Positions 25,008 to 36,640 of a stretch of DNA of 64,000 bases are shown one piece after another. A program made the position numbers and the translations under genes. Source of the stretch: Planktothrix sp. GU0601_MAG3 (GTDB lineage Bacteria; Cyanobacteriota; Cyanobacteriia; Cyanobacteriales; Microcoleaceae); the NCBI GenBank assembly GCA_035193785.1, contig CP136572.1:5044578-5108577 (forward strand). Direction: 5' to 3'. How positions within the stretch are numbered: position 1 is the stretch's first letter; every line of letters starts with the position of its first letter. Below the pieces are notes generated by a model. It saw only the letters and a list, made by a program, of their open reading frames with translations, had not been told where the DNA came from and did no database searches.

Positions 25008-25553
25008 ATGCTATTAATTTGTCCTGGAATTCATCCACCGGAATTAACGGAATCTTTTTTAGATGGAGTTTTGAAAAATTGGAGAAATCAACAACAATTG
25101 GGAGAATTATTGATTTTTCCAACTCAAGATTATTCTGCCTATTCTAGTCTTGATATTTTGAATTTTATCGATAAAAACAATCCCAAATCTGCTATAATGA
25201 TCATAGCTTTTAGTGCCGGAGTTGTTGGAGCAATGGGGGCTGCTTTAGTTTGGCAACAATGGGGAAAGGAAATTCAAGGATTAATTGCGATCGATGGTTG
25301 GGGCGTTCCTTTAGGGGGGAATTTCCCGATTTATCGCATCAGCCATGATTATTTTACCCATTGGAGTTCCGCATTATTAGGAGGAGGAATAGAAAGTTTT
25401 TATGCCGATCCTGCCGTTGAACATTTAGAAGTATGGCGATCGCCCCAAACCGCAAAAGGATGGTGGATACATCAAACCGCAACGGGATTACAAACCGCAA
25501 CGCCCACCACTGCCACAACATTTATTCAAAATGTATTCCATCGTTTAAACTAG
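25008..25553 (+). CDS. Conserved cyanobacterial hypothetical protein (alpha/beta hydrolase-like)
   Basis: ICPGIH, AFSAGVVG, IAIDGWGVP. Confidence 0.7.
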   Translation: MLLICPGIHPPELTESFLDGVLKNWRNQQQLGELLIFPTQDYSAYSSLDILNFIDKNNPKSAIMIIAFSAGVVGAMGAALVWQQWGKEIQGLIAIDGWGVPLGGNFPIYRISHDYFTHWSSALLGGGIESFYADPAVEHLEVWRSPQTAKGWWIHQTATGLQTATPTTATTFIQNVFHRLN

Positions 25554-25578
25554 AGAAACTAATTCAATATTTAGAAAA

Positions 25579-26452
25579 ATGACTGTAGCCACAAACCCAA
25601 ATAAAACCGTAATTTCTGTTAATGGAGTCGATCATTATTGTGAATGGGTAACAACGGCCAACTCCGCGCCCGGCTCAAAACCTGTAATGGTTTTTATTCA
25701 TGGTTGGGGTGGTTTCGGGACGCTATTGGGAAAGCACCGCCCAGGCCCTATCCCCGGAATTCGATTGTTTAATTTACGATTTACGCGGGTTTGGACGGTC
25801 TAATGCACCAGAGGTCACGGAGAAACCCGCATCAGAACGTTATGAATTAATCGAATATGCCGAAGATTTAGTCACGTTATTAGACCAGTTAAATTTAGAC
25901 AAAGTTTATATCAATGCTCACTCCATGGGGGGTTCCATTGCCATGTTATTTTTAAATAAATATCCCCAGCGAGTCGAACGAGCGATTTTAACCTGTAGTG
26001 GCATCTTTGAATATGACGAAAAAACCTTTAATACCTTTCACAAATTTAGTCGTTATGTCGTCATGTTTCGCCCTAAATGGTTAACCTTAATTCCCGGAAT
26101 GGATAAAATGTTTATGGCTCGGTTTCTCCACCGTCCAATTCCTCGCCCCTTGAGTCAAGCCTTCCTAGAGGATTTTCTCTTAGCGGATTTTGATGCCGCC
26201 TATGGAACCGTATTAACCTCCGTTTCAAAAGCCGCCACCGAATGGCTCCCCGCAGAATTTGAAAAATTAACTGTTCCGACATTATTAGTCGCCGGAGAAT
26301 ACGACCAAATTATTCCCGCAGAAATGGGACGACAAGCCGCCACTTTAAACCCTAACGTTAAATTAGCAATTCTTAAAGATACCGCCCATTTTCCCATGCT
26401 TGAAGATCCCGATACCTACTTACAAAATGTCCGAGAATTTTTAGGGATTTGA
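25579..26452 (+). CDS. Alpha/beta fold hydrolase; frameshift at GTTTC 25712-25716
   Basis: FIHGWGGS, DLRGFGRS, AHSMGG nucleophile, AHFPMLE. Confidence 0.88.
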
Positions 26453-26568
26453 TTCTCAGTACCGTCAAGTTTGCTAGTTTTAGGTTGGCGGTTGTTGCAA
26501 ACGGATTAGAATACATTAAAATGTAAACAAAACCTGTTTTTGGTTAGAAACTTCTTTGAGCCGGAACT

Positions 26569-27237
26569 ATGACATCCTATGCAACCTCCACAGCCAGAGC
26601 CGAAATGAGCGAACTCCGGCGATTAAAAGGCTTACTTCCTCCTGAGTTGCAGAGTTGGGTCACGGTGGAAAAAACCGTCGAAGTCAACCCGCCCCTCGTC
26701 CGTTGCGAAGAAATTGGCAAGGATCAAGTCGAAATTCAAATTGACTTGGTTCGTTGGGAACAGTTGGCAATGGATCAACGCAACCTCCTATTTTGGCATG
26801 AAGTCGCCCGCATTCAAAACGATACGATTCCTAGAGATGGTTGGGAAATGGCAGCCCTCGCCATTGGTTTAGGGGGAGCCGTCGGGGAACTTTGGGTACA
26901 AGACGGACTGCTGCTCTTATTAGCCTTGGCATTATGCGGCGTTTCCGGTTATCGTCTCTATCAAAAAAATAACGGAGAACGCACATTACAGGAATCCTTA
27001 GACGCCGATGAAAAGGCAATTTCTCTGGCCACCCGTTTCGGTTACACCCTACCCAACGCCTACAAAAGCCTCGGAAGTGCTTTAAAAACCCTAGTGGATC
27101 AAACCCCTAAAAAACGCCTAAAAGCCCGTTATGAAGCTCGCTTACAGGCTCTCAAACGCAGTGCAACTAAAGCCAAAGCTAGAGTTAAAGGGGGAAGTGA
27201 TACCGCCTCCTCGAATTCGGAAAATGTATTTAATTAA
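26569..27237 (+). CDS. DUF3318-family protein
   Basis: ELRRLKGLLPPELQ, RNLLFWHEVARIQ, central TM pair. Confidence 0.8.
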   Translation: MTSYATSTARAEMSELRRLKGLLPPELQSWVTVEKTVEVNPPLVRCEEIGKDQVEIQIDLVRWEQLAMDQRNLLFWHEVARIQNDTIPRDGWEMAALAIGLGGAVGELWVQDGLLLLLALALCGVSGYRLYQKNNGERTLQESLDADEKAISLATRFGYTLPNAYKSLGSALKTLVDQTPKKRLKARYEARLQALKRSATKAKARVKGGSDTASSNSENVFN

Positions 27238-27350
27238 TTAATTGAATTAATTGATAGTGATCATTCTTTCTAGGGTACGTTAAATGAACCTTGACGTACC
27301 CTGATATTTTGGTTTTAAAGTCATATAAAATAGCTAATAAAGATAATTAC

Positions 27351-27420
27351 GCAGATTAACATCGATGAAAATCCGTGAAATCCGTGAAATCCTCTTAAAT
27401 CCGTGATCCCTATTTCCCAT
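27351..27420 (+). repeat. Solo copy of the aaatccgtgaaatcc element that is tandemised at 37078-37424
   Basis: gattaaca...aaaatccgtgaaatccgtgaaatcctcttaaatccgtgatccc matches the 90-bp unit. Confidence 0.8.
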
Positions 27421-27421
27421 T

Positions 27422-28424
27422 ATGTCTATTATTATTGCTGAACAACTAGGTAAAGTTTATCCCGTCGCCATCAAAGAACCCGGATTTAAAGGAACCATTC
27501 GCCATTTTTTCCAACGCACCTATCAGAATATAGAAGCGGTAAAAGGAGTTTCTTTTAAAATTGAATCGGGGGAAGTGGTAGGGTTTTTAGGGGCTAATGG
27601 AGCCGGAAAAACCACAACTTTAAAAATGTTAACGGGGTTAATATATCCCTCTAGCGGATTTGTGGAAGTTGCCCATCATACTCCCTTTAAACGTCAATCT
27701 AAGTTTTTACAACAAATTACCCTGGTTATGGGGCAAAAACAACAGTTAATCTGGGATTTACCCGCCTTAGATTCTTTGAGAATTAATGCCGCCGTTTATG
27801 GAATTTCTGATAGTGAATATCGCCAACGGGTCGGGGAATTAAGCGAGATGTTATCCCTAGAAGGAAAGTTAAAACAACCCGTGCGAAAACTGTCTTTAGG
27901 GGAACGCATGAAGGTGGAATTAATGGCGGCTTTATTACATCGTCCCCAAGTCTTATTTTTAGATGAAACCCACCCTGGGATTAGATGTTAATGCCCAAGT
28001 CAGTGTTCGGGAGTTTTTAGCTGAATATAATCGTCGTTATCAAGCTACAATTTTGTTAACCAGTCACTACATGGCCGATATTACGGCATTGTGTAAACGG
28101 GTGATTTTAATTCATCAAGGACAATTGATTTATGATGGCAGTTTAGAGGGGTTATTAGAACAATTTGCTCCCTACCGAGAAGTTAAAATTGAATTAGAAT
28201 ATGCCGCTGCTGAAGTATTAGAAAGTTGTCGTCAGAAATTATTAACCTATGGGGAAATTGAGTCTATGGAGGGTCAAGTTGTGCGCTTATTAGTCAAGCG
28301 CGATACCTTAACTACAACGGTCGCTAAAATATTAGCGCAATTCAATATACTAGACTTAACCGTGAGTGACCCTCCGATTGAAAATGTAATTGGGCGAGTT
28401 TTTCGCGCTGGAGTTGTTGATTAA
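27422..28424 (+). CDS. ABC transporter ATP-binding protein; frameshift at GAAAC 27965-27969
   Basis: GANGAGKTT, LSLGERM, LFLDEPTLGLD after repair. Confidence 0.9.
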
Positions 28425-28453
28425 AATAGACCCAATATTCCCTGTTATTTCTA

Positions 28454-29714
28454 TTAATTCATTATTTCTTTAAAAAATGCGATCGCATCTTTTAATGCTA
28501 CAATAAAAACATCAATTTCTTGTTTAGTATTGTAGAAATATAAACTCGCTCTGGCGGTGGAACTTAAGCCTAAATAACGATGTAAAGGTTGGGTGCAGTG
28601 GTGTCCCGAACGAATCGCTACCCCGGCATCATCTAACATAGTGGATAAATCATTAGCATGAATCCCATCAACGCTAAAAGAAGCTAAGGCGGCTCTCCCT
28701 TCTCCCTTGGCATTGGGTTGGGGGCCATAGAGTTTTAATTCAGGAATTTCTCGCAATCTTTCAAATAAATAGGCCGTTAATTGATGTTCATAATCAGCAA
28801 TTTTATCCATGCCAATTGACGTTAAATAATCAATAGCCACCCCCAAAGCAATCGCTTCTCCAATCGCCGGAGTTCCGGCTTCAAATTTATGGGGTAATTC
28901 CCCGACAGTGAAATGATCTAAAAACACCTCATCAATCATTTCTCCCCCCCCAAAAAAAGGCGGCATGGCTTCTAATACCTCTAATTTACCATATAAAAAG
29001 CCGATACCCGTAGGAGCGCACATTTTATGACCCGATGCCACTAACCAATCACAATCTATTTTCTGCGCATCTAAGGCCGTATGGGGCGCACTTTGGCAAG
29101 CATCAATTAATACTTTTGCCCCGTATTGATGGGCGATTTTAGTAATTTCTTCAATAGGATTAATACAGCCTAATGTATTGGAAACATGAACAATGGAAAC
29201 TAATTTAGTTTTGTCAGAAATCAAGGTTTTAAACTGTTCTAAATCAAATTCTTGAGTTTCAGTTAACTCGACAAATTTAATCACCGCCCCGGTTTTTTGG
29301 GCGACCATTTGCCAGGGAAACTAAATTACTATGATGTTCCATGACACTGAGAATAATTTCATCTCCGGGTTTTAAGGTATTTAAACCCCAAGAATAGGCA
29401 ACAATATTAATTGCTTCACTGGCATTGCGGGTATAGACAATTTCTTTGTAGGATTTAGCGTTAATAAATTGGGCAACTTTTAACCGGGCTGCTTCATAGG
29501 CATCCGTGGCTTTTGCACTTAAAGCATGAACCCCCCGATGCACATTAGAATTATAGTTTTGATAATAATCTTGAATGGCATTTAAGACCGCAAAAGGTTT
29601 CTGAGAAGTGGCGGCATTATCTAAATAAACTAAGGGATAACCGTTGATTTCTTGATGTAAAATCGGGAAATCTTGACGAACCATTTCACCGAGGGTTTTT
29701 TCTTGAGTTAACAT
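28454..29714 (-). CDS. sufS: Cysteine desulfurase SufS; frameshift at GAAAC 29317-29321
   Basis: [22 protein letters not shown] (repaired), [14 protein letters not shown]. Confidence 0.95.
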
Positions 29715-29802
29715 TATTTTTAATATCCTTGTAATCCAATTAATAAATTTTTTTGTTGTTGGGCTTGGGGCCTAAAAAGAGTTGGCTAAAGCCCAACAAA
29801 GG

Positions 29803-31182
29803 TTAACTAAAGTCGGTGCGACAGGAAACGCAACGGGATAAAACTTGGGTTAATGTTGGTGATGGTAATTTACCTATAATTTCCGCCGCAAAAGCATCAA
29901 TTAAGAGGTGACGACTCATCTGTTCACTTAACCCCCGACTCCGCAAATAAAAGACTTCATCTGCTTCTAATTGACTGACGGTAGCACCGTGAGAACACTT
30001 AACATTATCCGCCACAATTTCTAACTGGGGTTTAGTGTCTATTCTTCCTTTAGAAGATAGCAATAAATTCCGACTCAGTTGATTAGCATTGGTGAACTGT
30101 GCTGTTTGGGGTACGAACACTTTACCATTAAAAATGCCATGAGCCCTGTCGTCAATAATACATTTATGCACTTGATTAAATGTACCATGTTGATGATTGA
30201 GCATCATGGAACTGTGGGTATCAGCTAACTGTTCACTGCCAATTAATGTTAATCCATTCAGAGTAGTTTCTGTTCCTTCACCCCGTTGATAAATCTCTAA
30301 ATTATGGCGAGAAAATTTAGCACCTAAACTAATTGCATGGCAAGTATATTGGCTATTTCGAGCTTGGAAAACTACATTTTTACCAATATGAAATGCTGAA
30401 CCTGCACCCCTTTGAAGCCTTGTATGGCTGACTTGGGCGTTTTCTTCTAGGTAGATTTCTGTAACCGTATTGGTAAAATAGGGTTGAACTTTTACCCGAT
30501 CTGAACATCCGAAAACTTCGGCGGTTGCATAATGTTCAATAAAGGTAGTTGAACTTCCAGCTTCTGCTACAATTAATGTTCTGGGTTGATTGACCACCGG
30601 CATATTATCCGGTAAGGCAATAAATAATAAATGAATTGGGTCTTGAATGATTTTATTTTTGTCAACCCAGAGGACGGCGGCATCATTTAACCCGGTGGAA
30701 TTGAGAGTAGCAAAAACGTCTTGATTTCCCTGTTGTTGACTGAGATAGTCAGGAAGACGACCCCTAAATTTTTCAGGAAGTTCGGCTAAATTCCCGATAA
30801 AAACACCCTCTGGAATTTCTTGAATATCAGATAGATGGGGCGCATAAATTCCATTGACAAATACAATTCGTCTATGGGCGGCTTCGGGTAATATTAAAGA
30901 AGCGATCGCTTGATGATCTAACTGAACAAAATTCGCCACCTCAAAACGATGTTCTAATAATGGAGATAAATCAGTAAACCGCCATTCTTCATCCCGTTTT
31001 GTCGGTATTTCTAATTCCTTAATCCAAGTTAAAGCATGATCTCGAATATTTTGCAATTGAATGGCAATTTCCGACCCGGGGGGATAGGGAAAAGACCGTT
31101 GAGAAAGTCCACCTTGAATTTGTTCTAACAGATGGTTTAAATAGGAGACTTCCCGTTTTTCTTTGACTGTAATATTATTCAT
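29803..31182 (-). CDS. sufD: Fe-S cluster assembly protein SufD
   Basis: EEWRFTDL, KPQLEIVADNVKCSHGATV; operon context. Confidence 0.95.
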   Translation of the reverse strand: MNNITVKEKREVSYLNHLLEQIQGGLSQRSFPYPPGSEIAIQLQNIRDHALTWIKELEIPTKRDEEWRFTDLSPLLEHRFEVANFVQLDHQAIASLILPEAAHRRIVFVNGIYAPHLSDIQEIPEGVFIGNLAELPEKFRGRLPDYLSQQQGNQDVFATLNSTGLNDAAVLWVDKNKIIQDPIHLLFIALPDNMPVVNQPRTLIVAEAGSSTTFIEHYATAEVFGCSDRVKVQPYFTNTVTEIYLEENAQVSHTRLQRGAGSAFHIGKNVVFQARNSQYTCHAISLGAKFSRHNLEIYQRGEGTETTLNGLTLIGSEQLADTHSSMMLNHQHGTFNQVHKCIIDDRAHGIFNGKVFVPQTAQFTNANQLSRNLLLSSKGRIDTKPQLEIVADNVKCSHGATVSQLEADEVFYLRSRGLSEQMSRHLLIDAFAAEIIGKLPSPTLTQVLSRCVSCRTDFS

Positions 31183-31965
31183 TAAACCCCCACCATAGAT
31201 TTAGCGACAACATCATCATAACCCTGTTCTTCCAATTCTAAAGCTAGTTCTTTTGTGCCTGTTTTAATAATTCTTCCGTCCGACACAACATGAACATAAT
31301 CCGGTACAATATAATCTAGTAACCGTTGATAATGAGTAATCAATAATAGGGCGTTATTTTCATTCGCTAATTGATTAACTCCACTAGCAACAATGCGCAA
31401 CGCATCAATATCTAAACCGGAATCTGTTTCATCTAAAATAGCTAATTTGGGTTGTAATAACGCCATTTGTAAAATTTCATTGCGTTTTTTCTCCCCTCCA
31501 GAAAAGCCCTCATTCACACTGCGTTTCTAAAAATTCATCCCGCATTTTTACAATATCTAATTTTTCTCGGACTAATTCATCAAAATCAAAGGCATCTAAT
31601 TCTTCGAGTCCTTTGTATTTTTGATGGGCATTATAGGCTACTCTCAAAAAGTCTAAATTACTGACCCCAGGAATTTCAATCGGATATTGAAACGCCAAGA
31701 AAATTCCGGCTAAGGCGCGTTCTTCAGGTGCTAATTCTAATAAATCTTGACCTAAAAAACTAATTTTTCCTCCGGTGACTTCGTAGCTAGGATGTCCGCT
31801 TAAAACCTTAGAAAAGGTGCTTTTACCCGAACCATTCAAACCCATAATTGCATGGATTTCTCCGGCTTTGACTTCTAAATCAAAGCCCTTGAGGATTTGT
31901 TTATCGTCAATATTAGCCGTTAAATTTTTAACCGATAGAATCACTTCGCTGTTCTCTTTAATCAT
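31182..31965 (-). CDS. sufC: Fe-S assembly ATPase SufC; frameshift at GTTTC 31523-31527
   Basis: [27 protein letters not shown] after repair. Confidence 0.95.
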
Positions 31966-32021
31966 GGTTGTTGGTTGTTTGTTATTGGTTGTTGGCGGGC
32001 GGGAACCCTCTCACTACTTGA

Positions 32022-32212
32022 CTCAAAACTGATAACTCAAAACTGATAACTCAAAACTGATAACTCAAAACTGATAACTCAAAACTGATAACTCAAAACT
32101 GATAACTCAAAACTGATAACTCAAAACTGATTAACTCAAAACTGATTAACTCAAAACTGACAACTCAAAACTGATAACTGATAACTGATGACTGATGACT
32201 GATAACTGATTA
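32022..32212. repeat. 14-bp tandem repeat (ctcaaaactgataa) x~11 followed by ctgataa/ctgatga heptamers (STRR-type)
   Basis: Seen directly between sufB and sufC. Confidence 0.9.
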
Positions 32213-33648
32213 ACCAACGGTTTCCTTCTAATTTTAAGCTCAATAATTTATCAGCTTCGACGGCAAATTCCATCGGCAATTTATTGAACACATCTTTACA
32301 GAAACCGCTAATCATCATGGACACAGCATCCTCGGCGGAAATTCCCCGTTGGGAAAAATAGAAAAGTTGGTCTTCTCCAATTTTAGAAGTAGAAGCTTCG
32401 TGTTCAACTTTGGCGGTATTATTTTCCACCTGAATATAGGGGAAAGTATTGGCTTGCGCTCTATCTCCGATTAACATAGAATCACATTGGGAGTAATTTC
32501 TTGCCCCAGCCGCTTTCGGCCCCATTTTGACTAAACCGCGATAACTATTGGAAGATTTCCCAGCAGAAATTCCTTTAGAAATAATCGTGCTCCGGGTATT
32601 TTTACCAATATGAATCATTTTAGTTCCGGTGTCTGCTTGTTGTTTATTATTAGTCAGCGCCACGGAATAAAATTCACCCACAGAATTATCCCCAACTAAC
32701 AAGCAACTGGGATATTTCCAAGTAATAGCAGACCCGGTTTCTACCTGTGTCCAAGAAATCTTAGAATTGACGCCTTTACATAATCCCCGTTTAGTAACAA
32801 AGTTGTAAATTCCGCCCTTGCCTTCTTCATCTCCGGCGTACCAATTTTGCACCGTTGAATATTTGATTTCCGCATTATCTAAAGTCACCAATTCCACCAC
32901 AGCAGCGTGCAGTTGATTAGTGTCAAACATCGGGGCGGTACAACCTTCTAAATAGGTGACAGAACTACCTGATTCTGCTACAATTAAGGTGCGTTCAAAC
33001 TGTCCCGAATCCCCGTTATTAATCCGAAAATAGGTAGACAAATCCATCGGACATTGAACGTCTTTAGGAATATAAACAAATGACCCATCACTAAACACGG
33101 CTGAATTCAACGCCGCAAAGAAATTATCGCCAATGGGAACTACACTACCCAAATATTTTTCAATCAGTTCAGGATGTTCCTTAACTGCTTCGGAAATGGA
33201 ACAGAAAATCACCCCATCTTCAGCTAATTTTTCCTTAAAGGTAGTGGCAATCGAAACACTATCAAAAACCGCATCCACGGCCACATTAGACAGGCGTTTT
33301 TGTTCGTTTAAAGAAATGCCTAATTTTTCAAAGGCTTCTAATAAAGTCGGGTCAACTTCTTCTAAACTGGTTTTTTTCTTTTCAACTTTGGGCGCGGAAT
33401 AGTAGATAATAGATTGATAGTCAATCGCCGGATAGTTGACGTGGGGCCAGGTGGGTTTCCTCCATTTTCAGCCATTGTCGATAGGCTCGCAGACGGAAGT
33501 TGAGCATAAACTCCGGCTCATTTTTTTTAGATGAAATCAGGCGCACAACATCCTCACTCAGTCCCCGAGGGATGGTGTCCGACTCGATATCGGTGACGAA
33601 GCCGTATTTGTACGGTTGGTTGACCAGGGTTTTAACAGAAGCACTCAT
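32210..33648 (-). CDS. sufB: Fe-S assembly protein SufB; frameshifts at 33455 and 32220
   Basis: [25 protein letters not shown]; repaired end LKLEGTVG*. Confidence 0.95.
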
Positions 33649-33706
33649 AAGGTTAAATTTAGTGTTCGACGGTTCTCAAAGAATGACAGACGGGTGGTAG
33701 GCTGTA

Positions 33707-33768
33707 GACTTAAGCAACAGATTTGTTACTTAAGTCTATTTTAGGCTACATTAACAACAAGTGCATTG
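33707..33768. promoter_or_regulatory. Two SufR operator-like sites (CAAC-N6-GTTG type)
   Basis: CAAC-agattt-GTTA at 33715-33728 inside a gacttaag...cttaagtc palindrome, and CAAC-aagtgc-ATTG at 33755-33768, 26 bp apart, between divergent sufB and sufR. Confidence 0.75.
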
Positions 33769-33802
33769 TCAAAGTCCAAATTTATAAATTTTTGTTAAGA
33801 CG

Positions 33803-34477
33803 ATGGCCACCACTCAACACCAGTCCACGAAACATGATATTCTGCAACATCTCCTGAAACAAGCACAGGCAACGGCCCAGGAGTTAGCAGAAACCCTTGA
33901 TATTAGCCCCCAAGCCATTCGTCGCCATCTCAAAGATTTGGAGCAGTCGGGGTTAATTGCCCACAACTCGGTGCAGGTGGGGATGGGACGCCCTCAGCAC
34001 GTTTATGAATTGACAACCCAAGGACGGGAAGGTTTTCCCCACCGTTATGATGAATTTGCAATTTCCTTTTTGGATACTTTAGCGCAAACCGTCGGACATG
34101 AACAGGTCAGTCAAATTTTACATAAACAATGGCAACGAAAAGCCATAGAATATCGGGCAAAAGTTGGCAAGGGTTTATTAAAAGAACGGGTGGAAAAATT
34201 AGTAGAATTAAGAAAAGCTGAAGGGTATATGGCGGAGTGGTATTTGGTGGAGTCAGAACAACCAGATACTCAGCGAGAACGTTATATTTTAACAGAACAT
34301 CATTGTGCAATTTCTAATGTGGCGGAATCCTTTCCCAGTGTTTGTGGCCATGAGTTAGAAATGTTTGAAGAAATCTTAGAAGATTGTACGGTAGAAAGAA
34401 CCCATTGGATTGTCAATGGGGAACATCGTTGTGGATATTTAATTATCGGAGGGAATAGGGAACAGGCTGCGTCGTGA
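33803..34477 (+). CDS. sufR: Fe-S cluster biosynthesis transcriptional regulator SufR
   Basis: HTH ISPQAIRRHL, GRPQH, EHHCAI..VCGHE..HRCGY; divergent from sufB. Confidence 0.95.
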   Translation: MATTQHQSTKHDILQHLLKQAQATAQELAETLDISPQAIRRHLKDLEQSGLIAHNSVQVGMGRPQHVYELTTQGREGFPHRYDEFAISFLDTLAQTVGHEQVSQILHKQWQRKAIEYRAKVGKGLLKERVEKLVELRKAEGYMAEWYLVESEQPDTQRERYILTEHHCAISNVAESFPSVCGHELEMFEEILEDCTVERTHWIVNGEHRCGYLIIGGNREQAAS

Positions 34478-34554
34478 GCCGTGAACCGTGAACCGTGAAC
34501 CGTGAAACCGTGAACCGTGAGCCGTGAGCCAGTCGAACGGTCGAACGGTCGAAC
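34473..34554. repeat. Heptamer tandem repeats (ccgtgaa/ccgtgag; gtcgaacg)
   Basis: Seen directly; one unit reads ccgtgaaa (GAAAC at 34504). Confidence 0.85.
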
Positions 34555-34657
34555 CAGAACACCGGAGGAAAAGACGGATACAAGCCTGGGTTTACTACAC
34601 CAGTCTTTGTCCTAACCGTGTTGCCACAATTGCTATATTAAATAATCAAGTAAAACT

Positions 34658-35032
34658 ATGGAATTTTTAACTCAGGACGAGGCAATTCAAGTAGAGGCAG
34701 CGTTATTATCTTCTAAGGAGAAGTTTTCAACGCGGTTGGCGATTTATGCGCTAAGGTGTTTGAAGGAAATTGCTGAAACTCAAGATATTAAAATTGAAAA
34801 TATTCAACCTGAACAAGTTCAAGACTGGGTTAAAAATGATGATAGTTTTAAAGAAAAATTAGAATTAGATGGAAATTTTCATAATTTTTTTAGTCAATTA
34901 GTAATCGCTTCATTAAAGCCTTTAAAACAAGTATCTCAAGCCGAAAATATTCCTATTCAAGATTTAACAATTAAACAGTTAATTAACTGGTTTGAGCAGG
35001 AATCCAAGAAGAAGTTAGGGCAAGAATCATAA
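34658..35032 (+). CDS. Conserved cyanobacterial hypothetical protein
   Basis: LLSSKEKFSTRLAIYALR; clean ORF. Confidence 0.7.
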   Translation: MEFLTQDEAIQVEAALLSSKEKFSTRLAIYALRCLKEIAETQDIKIENIQPEQVQDWVKNDDSFKEKLELDGNFHNFFSQLVIASLKPLKQVSQAENIPIQDLTIKQLINWFEQESKKKLGQES

Positions 35033-35084
35033 TATAGCAACCCTATCTATATAGGATTGCTAGAGATTCAATTGCTGTTTAAAT

Positions 35085-35852
35085 TCAGTGTGCAATCCGA
35101 CCTTCCAAGTGACCATATTGGGTATAATGGGAGAACGCATTGCTAATGACTCCACTATTAATAGCTTGTGCCACATCAGGATTATGCGCTAAATAAGCTC
35201 CTGTGTTAAACTGGCTGCTAGGGTTTCGTCCTTCGTCAGCCCCCGACATGACAAAATGTTCAAAACCTGAATTAAATGCACCCACTTGGACAGCATTTGC
35301 CACGTCAGGATTTGTATTTAAGTAGTAGGATTCGTCATAGAATTGATTCGGTGAACGTCCTTCTGTTTCTCCCGATTTAAGATACTGTTGTAAACCCGAA
35401 GATAAGGTTCCTTGAAAGATAGCTGCATTCACATCAGGATTAGTATTACGATAATATTCCTCATCAAACATTTCAGTTAAATTCTGTTGATGTTGAGGAT
35501 TTTTCAGGACATCATCCCAATGGGTTCCGGTCAGGTTATCCCAACTATTATTATAAGAAATACCCGTTATTGGTTTAACACCTGTTACCGGAATGGATTT
35601 ATAATAATCATCGGAACTATTATTATCCCAGCTATTATCAGAATAACCAGTTATTGTTGGTTTAACACCTGTTACCGGAATGGATTTATAATAATCATCG
35701 GAACTATTATTATCCCAGTTATTATTATAATAACCAGTTTTTGTTGGGTTAATAAATGTCACGGGAAGGGATTTATAATAATCATCGGAACTATTATTGT
35801 CCCAGCTATCGTCATAACCGCCATTGTCATCGTTAGATTCATACTGACTCAT
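35085..35852 (-). CDS. Repeat protein: three 29-aa N-terminal repeats plus three FDxxYYLxxNPDV...HxxxxGxxEGR repeats
   Basis: 87-bp tandem units (anchors at 35597, 35684, 35771) and C-terminal NPDV repeats. Confidence 0.75.
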   Translation of the reverse strand: MSQYESNDDNGGYDDSWDNNSSDDYYKSLPVTFINPTKTGYYNNNWDNNSSDDYYKSIPVTGVKPTITGYSDNSWDNNSSDDYYKSIPVTGVKPITGISYNNSWDNLTGTHWDDVLKNPQHQQNLTEMFDEEYYRNTNPDVNAAIFQGTLSSGLQQYLKSGETEGRSPNQFYDESYYLNTNPDVANAVQVGAFNSGFEHFVMSGADEGRNPSSQFNTGAYLAHNPDVAQAINSGVISNAFSHYTQYGHLEGRIAH

Positions 35853-35962
35853 AATCTTTTCTCCTGTTGCGTTTAAATCGACAATATTCGAGAGTTTGAG
35901 AATAAAGCCCTGATGTGTAGAGAACTTTGATAAAACATCCCTACATTTTAATTAAATTTGGG

Positions 35963-36634
35963 TCAAATATCGGCCCATTTTCGTAATAAATTTGCATGAC
36001 TTTTGGCAATTAAGTCAAATTCTATAGTCTTGCCATATTGTTGGAAAATACTTCTACGAGCGGTATCTAAATCAAACAATATTTCTCGTTGAGATGGGTC
36101 ACGAACTAAACTTTGAATCCAAGTAATAGCCACCCAGCGAGTTCCTTCCGTCACCGTTTCCACGCGATGCAAAGTCGAAGACGGATAAACAATCGCCGAA
36201 CCTGCATCCAACTTAAAACTCTGTTCCCCTAGTGAAGTTTCAATCACTAATTCTCCCCCTTTATAGGTATCAGGGTCAGTGAGAAATAGAGTTAATGAAA
36301 CATCAGTTCGAGAGATAGATTCATCCCCCATAATCGCGTTATCAAAGTGGGAACCATAATACATTCCCACATCATAACGACTGAACATAATCGGCCGGAT
36401 TATTTTCGGACGTACCGCTACCTTAAACAGTTCGTTACGCTTTAAAGCTTCGAGAACAATACTTCTCAACTCAGAAGTAATCTCACTATCGGTTTTGATT
36501 TGTTGATTATTTTTAACCGATTTGACGTACCGACCAGCCGTGGTTTTCCCATCTACAAAGTCCGCTTGTTGCAATAGCGTCAAAGTTGTTTTTAGTTCTT
36601 CCGGTGTGAGAACATCTGCGATACAAAAAATCAT
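35963..36634 (-). CDS. PKHD-type Fe(II)/2-oxoglutarate hydroxylase (PiuC/YbiX family)
   Basis: FVDGKTTAG, YGSHFDNA, RTDVSLTLFL, YPSSTLHRVE, WIQS. Confidence 0.92.
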   Translation of the reverse strand: MIFCIADVLTPEELKTTLTLLQQADFVDGKTTAGRYVKSVKNNQQIKTDSEITSELRSIVLEALKRNELFKVAVRPKIIRPIMFSRYDVGMYYGSHFDNAIMGDESISRTDVSLTLFLTDPDTYKGGELVIETSLGEQSFKLDAGSAIVYPSSTLHRVETVTEGTRWVAITWIQSLVRDPSQREILFDLDTARRSIFQQYGKTIEFDLIAKSHANLLRKWADI

Positions 36635-36640
36635 TAGATT

